Of a stretch of 32,000 bases of DNA, positions 25,945 through 32,000 are shown piece by piece. This DNA comes from Thermosulfurimonas dismutans (GTDB taxonomy: Bacteria > Desulfobacterota > Thermodesulfobacteria > Thermodesulfobacteriales > Thermodesulfobacteriaceae). Positions within the stretch are counted from its first letter, which is position 1, and the number at the start of each line of letters is the position of its first letter. Both the position numbers and the translations under genes were made by a program. The stretch is from positions 240,001 through 272,000 of the forward strand of contig NZ_LWLG01000001.1 of the NCBI RefSeq assembly GCF_001652585.1. Reading direction: 5' to 3'. The notes below the pieces were generated by a model, which worked only from the letters and a program-made list of their open reading frames with translations, was not told the origin of the DNA and searched no databases.

Positions 25945-26844
25945 GTGATTGATCTGAGAAAACTTGAGGCCCTGGTAGCGGTAGTAGAAAACGGGAGTTT
26001 CTCCAAAGCCGCCGAACGGATTTATCTTACCCAACCCACCATCTCCGGACACATCAAATCTCTAGAGGAGTATTTCGGACTAAAACTCTTTGACCGGCAC
26101 ACCCGGGCGGTGACTCCCACCCGAGCCGGAAAACTTCTTTACGGCTATGCCAAAAAACTGTTGTTGATCTACAAGGAAATGGAACGAGAAATGGCTTATT
26201 TCAAAGGTGAAAAGACCGGAAAACTCGATCTGGGAGGAAGTACCATCCCAGGCCAGTACATCCTGCCCCATCTCATTGCGGAGTTCCGCAGAAACTATCC
26301 TGACATTTCGATCTTCGTGAAGGTGGGAGACACTGAAGAAATCATAGAACTGGTAAAGAACGGAGAACTCGAAGTCGGTATGGTGGGAGCTAGGGAGGAA
26401 GACCAAGAACTCTTTTTTGAGCCTTGCTGTGAAGACGAAATCATACTCATTGGTTCTCGAAATCTAGATATTCCTTCCGAAATAAAGGTTTCAGACTTAT
26501 CGTCCTTGCCCATCATTGCTCGAGAAGTAGGTTCTGGAACCTGGAGAACGGTTTGGACCGCTCTGGAGAAGAAAGGTTATTCTCCTGAAAAGCTCCAGAT
26601 TGTAGCCGAAATGGGCTCCACGGAGGCCGTCAAACAAGCGGCCAAAGCCGGCTTAGGCTTGGCCTTTGTGTCCAAATTGGCCGTAGAGGAAGAACTGGCT
26701 TCTGGAGAATTAAGGATCGTTTACGTAAAAGATTTGCCTCTCAAAAGGAAATTTTTCCTGGTTTATCCGGTCAAACGCACACTTTCTCCATTGGCCAAAG
26801 CCTTTCTTAATTTTGGCCGAGAGAAAATAATACGCTATATTTAA
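25945..26844 (+). CDS. LysR-family transcriptional regulator
   Basis: GTG start with an AAGGAGG Shine-Dalgarno (25931-25937). The N-terminal winged HTH is SFSKAAERIYLTQPTISGHIKSLEEYFGLKLFDRHTRAVTPTRAG. The C-terminal substrate-binding fold includes GGSTIPGQYILP and VGMVGA. Confidence 0.9.
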   Translation: MIDLRKLEALVAVVENGSFSKAAERIYLTQPTISGHIKSLEEYFGLKLFDRHTRAVTPTRAGKLLYGYAKKLLLIYKEMEREMAYFKGEKTGKLDLGGSTIPGQYILPHLIAEFRRNYPDISIFVKVGDTEEIIELVKNGELEVGMVGAREEDQELFFEPCCEDEIILIGSRNLDIPSEIKVSDLSSLPIIAREVGSGTWRTVWTALEKKGYSPEKLQIVAEMGSTEAVKQAAKAGLGLAFVSKLAVEEELASGELRIVYVKDLPLKRKFFLVYPVKRTLSPLAKAFLNFGREKIIRYI

Positions 26845-26847
26845 GGC

Positions 26848-27168
26848 ATGGCTAGGGTTTGTACTCTCAAAGATTGGCTGGAGGCTTTCTATCGCAAGCA
26901 AGAAGATGATCTACACTTCTTTGCGGATCTCCTTACCTCTCCCAAGGTCTCGGAGGAAATTTCCTGGGAACTTAACCGTCGGCTACAGGAAAGACGTCAA
27001 TTTTCATTCTTCTTTAAAACTCTCTCTTGGCACAACCTATCCCTCGAAGAACTCGAATGGTGCGAAAGGAAGATGGAGGAAATCCTTTCGCGGGAGGACG
27101 AAATAAGGGAGATCTTAGACCGACTCCTAGAAATGCTTGGAAGCAATTCAATTAAACGCCCTCAATAA
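26848..27168 (+). CDS. hypothetical small acidic/helical protein (106 aa), no recognised family
   Basis: The ATG lies 3 nt after the LysR stop on the same strand and fills an otherwise empty 300-nt gap. There are no recognisable motifs and only a weak Shine-Dalgarno (AAGG). The 3' end overlaps the gpmI 3' end by 17 nt. Confidence 0.45.
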   Translation: MARVCTLKDWLEAFYRKQEDDLHFFADLLTSPKVSEEISWELNRRLQERRQFSFFFKTLSWHNLSLEELEWCERKMEEILSREDEIREILDRLLEMLGSNSIKRPQ

Positions 27169-28702
27169 GTACTTTCCCTGTCATTTCATCCGGGATATTA
27201 AGCCCCATAAGATAGAGTCCGGTTGGAGCAATATCGGCAAGAATACCCTCTTTAAGTTTCCGTCCTCGAAACCGGTCATCTACCAGATAAAAAGGGATCG
27301 GGTTGGCGGTATGGGCCGTATGAGGATGTCCGTTTTCATCGGCCATAAGCTCACAGTTTCCGTGATCCGCGGTCACGATCACCGATCCGCCGTGGGTTTC
27401 CCTGAAGACCCGGATTACCTTACCCACACACTCATCCACCACTCTTACGGCCTTCACGGCGGCCTCAAGCACCCCGGTGTGCCCCACCATGTCCCCATTG
27501 GCAAAGTTGAGAACCACCAGAGCGTAACGATTCCTTTGTAGCCTCTGTATCAATTCCTCCGTAACCTCATAAGCGCTCATCTCGGGCTTCAAGTCGTAGG
27601 TTGGAACCTCTCGAGGTGAAGGCACCAGTTTGCGTTCCTCTCGTGGAAATGGATTTTCTTCACCACCGTTAAAAAAATAGGTTACATGGGCATACTTTTC
27701 GGTCTCGGCGATGCGGAGCTGAGTAAGACCGGCCCGGCTTACCTCTTCGCCCCATATCCTTTGCAGTTTTTCTGGGGGAAAGGCTACTGGAAGATCGAAT
27801 TCTTTATCGTAAAGGGTAAAACAGACGTAATAGCTCAGCTTCGGGATCTTTTCCCTTGAAAATTCGTTGAATTCCGGATCCGTTAAGGCCTGAGTGAGCT
27901 GTCGGGCCCGGTCGGCCCGAAAGTTGAAAAACACCACCGCATCCCCGTCCTCTATGGTGGCTACCGGCTGACCATCCTCTACTATGACCGTAGGTTTGAT
28001 GAACTCGTCGGTCTCCCCTCGGGCAAAGGCCTCTTTTACAGCTATTAAGGGATCTTGAGCCGTAAGCCCGCGGCCGAGCACCAGGGCCTCGTAAGCTAGT
28101 TGCGTGCGTTCCCAGCGCCGATCTCGATCCATAGCGTAGTAACGACCAGAGACGGTGGCGATCTTGCCGCAACCGAGTTCGGCCATCTTTTTAAGTAAGG
28201 CCTCTACAAAACGGTCAGCCACATCCGGGGCCGTATCTCGGCCATCGGTAAAGACATGCACGAATAAGCGATCACATAGGCCCTCTTTACGATAGAGCTC
28301 AAGCAAGGCGTAAAGGTGCTCGATAGAGCTGTGCACCCCGCCGTCAGAGACCAGACCCATGAGATGGATCCTTCCCCCGGTTTCCCGCACCTTTTCGGCC
28401 ACCTTGAGGAGTTCGGGATTACGAAAAAAAGTTCCCTCCCGGATGGCCAGATTTATGCGGGTTAGGTCCTGATAAACAATACGCCCGGCCCCGATATTAA
28501 GATGTCCCACCTCGGAGTTTCCCATCTGTCCAGCCGGAAGCCCTACGGCTTCTCCCGAAGCTTGAAGCAGGGTAAAGGGATATTCGGCCTTGATGGCGTC
28601 TAAATTTGGGGTTCCGGCAAGCCTTATGGCGTTGGCATGCTCATCCTCCCGCCATCCCCAGCCATCCATGATGATGAGAAGAAGAGGTCTCACCTCCCTC
28701 AT
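27152..28702 (-). CDS. gpmI: 2,3-bisphosphoglycerate-independent phosphoglycerate mutase
   Basis: LLIIMDGWGWRE, NAI..AGTPNLD, MGNSEVGHLNIGAGR (catalytic Ser), the HLMGLVSDGGVHS motif and VTADHGNCE are present. The protein is 516 aa. The start overlaps the rsfS stop (ATGA, 28699-28702). Confidence 0.92.
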   Translation of the reverse strand: MREVRPLLLIIMDGWGWREDEHANAIRLAGTPNLDAIKAEYPFTLLQASGEAVGLPAGQMGNSEVGHLNIGAGRIVYQDLTRINLAIREGTFFRNPELLKVAEKVRETGGRIHLMGLVSDGGVHSSIEHLYALLELYRKEGLCDRLFVHVFTDGRDTAPDVADRFVEALLKKMAELGCGKIATVSGRYYAMDRDRRWERTQLAYEALVLGRGLTAQDPLIAVKEAFARGETDEFIKPTVIVEDGQPVATIEDGDAVVFFNFRADRARQLTQALTDPEFNEFSREKIPKLSYYVCFTLYDKEFDLPVAFPPEKLQRIWGEEVSRAGLTQLRIAETEKYAHVTYFFNGGEENPFPREERKLVPSPREVPTYDLKPEMSAYEVTEELIQRLQRNRYALVVLNFANGDMVGHTGVLEAAVKAVRVVDECVGKVIRVFRETHGGSVIVTADHGNCELMADENGHPHTAHTANPIPFYLVDDRFRGRKLKEGILADIAPTGLYLMGLNIPDEMTGKVLIEGV

Positions 28703-29052
28703 GCCTTCCCCTCTTCTATTTCTAATCTGGGAGCCTCAGACCACAGACCCTCAAGGTCGTAAACTTTTCTTACCGGTTCATAAAAGATGTGTACCACCGC
28801 GTCTTCATAGTCCATCACTACCCAGTGCCCCTGGGTGAGGCCTTCTACGCTCAGGGGGTGTATACCCTCCCGCGCGGCCTCGCTCTCGATAAATTCGGCC
28901 AATCCCTGCACGTGCCTGGCCGAACGGGCACTACAGATGAGGATAAAATCGGTATAACTAGCCCGCCCTCTTACATCTATGATTACCAGTTCCTCGCCCT
29001 TTTTCTCCTCGATCAGTCGGGCAAGCTTGAGCGCCAACTCTCGAGAATCCAT
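28699..29052 (-). CDS. rsfS: ribosome silencing factor RsfS (iojap-like)
   Basis: The 117-aa protein carries LIEEKKGEELVIIDVRGRASYTDFILICSARSARHVQGLAEFI...WVVMDYEDAVVHIF.P..R..Y.LE.LW, the canonical RsfS pattern. Confidence 0.9.
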   Translation of the reverse strand: MDSRELALKLARLIEEKKGEELVIIDVRGRASYTDFILICSARSARHVQGLAEFIESEAAREGIHPLSVEGLTQGHWVVMDYEDAVVHIFYEPVRKVYDLEGLWSEAPRLEIEEGKA

Positions 29053-29256
29053 CTAAACTCTTCCCTCGTTCACCAGGCGGGCGAAATGCTCGAAACTACG
29101 ATCGTAGGTGCGTTCAGCCTCCGGCGGGAAACAGCAAGCCGGAAGCTGTCTCATGGAAAGATGATACTTCAAACACTCACAGCAAATCCCCTTTTTGGGA
29201 CAGGGATCATAAGTGCAATTGCATCGCTTGAGATTCTGCTCCCTCTTACATTCCAT
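29053..29256 (-). CDS. cysteine-rich small cytoplasmic protein (67 aa, 9 Cys); I believe it matches the family annotated DUF6485 but cannot verify
   Basis: The sequence begins MECKREQNLKRCNCTYDPCPKKGICCECLKYHLSMRQLPACCFPPEAERTYDRSFEHF... and has no signal peptide. An AGGAGG Shine-Dalgarno lies upstream. Its stop codon directly abuts the rsfS ATG with a 0-nt gap. Confidence 0.65.
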   Translation of the reverse strand: MECKREQNLKRCNCTYDPCPKKGICCECLKYHLSMRQLPACCFPPEAERTYDRSFEHFARLVNEGRV

Positions 29257-29283
29257 CTCCTACCTCCTGAAAAAACCTCGTAA

Positions 29284-32000
<2,717 letters not shown>

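Overview
This is a 32-kb chromosomal segment. Hand counts of individual 60-nt lines give about 55-62 % GC, except for one AT-rich trough. The proteins are rich in Glu/Lys/Arg/Leu. The gene content (Tol-Pal YbgF, LPS heptosyltransferase, a periplasmic multihaem cytochrome, a split Fo operon) fits a thermophilic diderm bacterium. A Thermodesulfobacteriota- or Aquificota-like origin is only my guess. I can support 27 protein-coding genes (pyrD and gyrB are cut by the window edges), a Thr-Ser-Ser tRNA cluster on the minus strand, one strong intrinsic terminator, one good sigma70-type promoter, and two candidate operator dyads. Genes are tightly packed, with several ATGA-type start/stop overlaps, and all four convergent gene pairs overlap at their 3' ends. 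The content is mostly housekeeping: pyrD, ybgF, ilvE, ftsY, atpB/E, comM, rsmI, ispG, gpmI, rsfS, gyrB. I see no integrase, transposase, CRISPR array, toxin-antitoxin pair or recognisable defence gene, so I cannot honestly point to a clean novel island or system. Five things seem most worth a second look. (1) A 1747-codon ORF fuses two complete UvrA modules (four intact ABC sites), and the second module has specifically lost the insertion domain. (2) A 1383-aa protein fuses two HgdC-type activase ATPases to a 2-hydroxyacyl-CoA-dehydratase-like region; it sits 21 nt downstream of an adenylate-kinase-like gene whose start overlaps the ftsY stop. (3) An octahaem c-type cytochrome and a 9-Cys mini-protein are wedged, with overlapping or abutting junctions, between gyrB and rsfS-gpmI. 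(4) A sharp AT-rich trough covers atpI-like and atpB, while the adjacent atpE is GC-rich. (5) A LysR regulator lies divergent from ispG, with an ATAG-N7-CTAT box over the ispG ribosome-binding site. All functional calls come from motif recognition by eye; no database search was possible.
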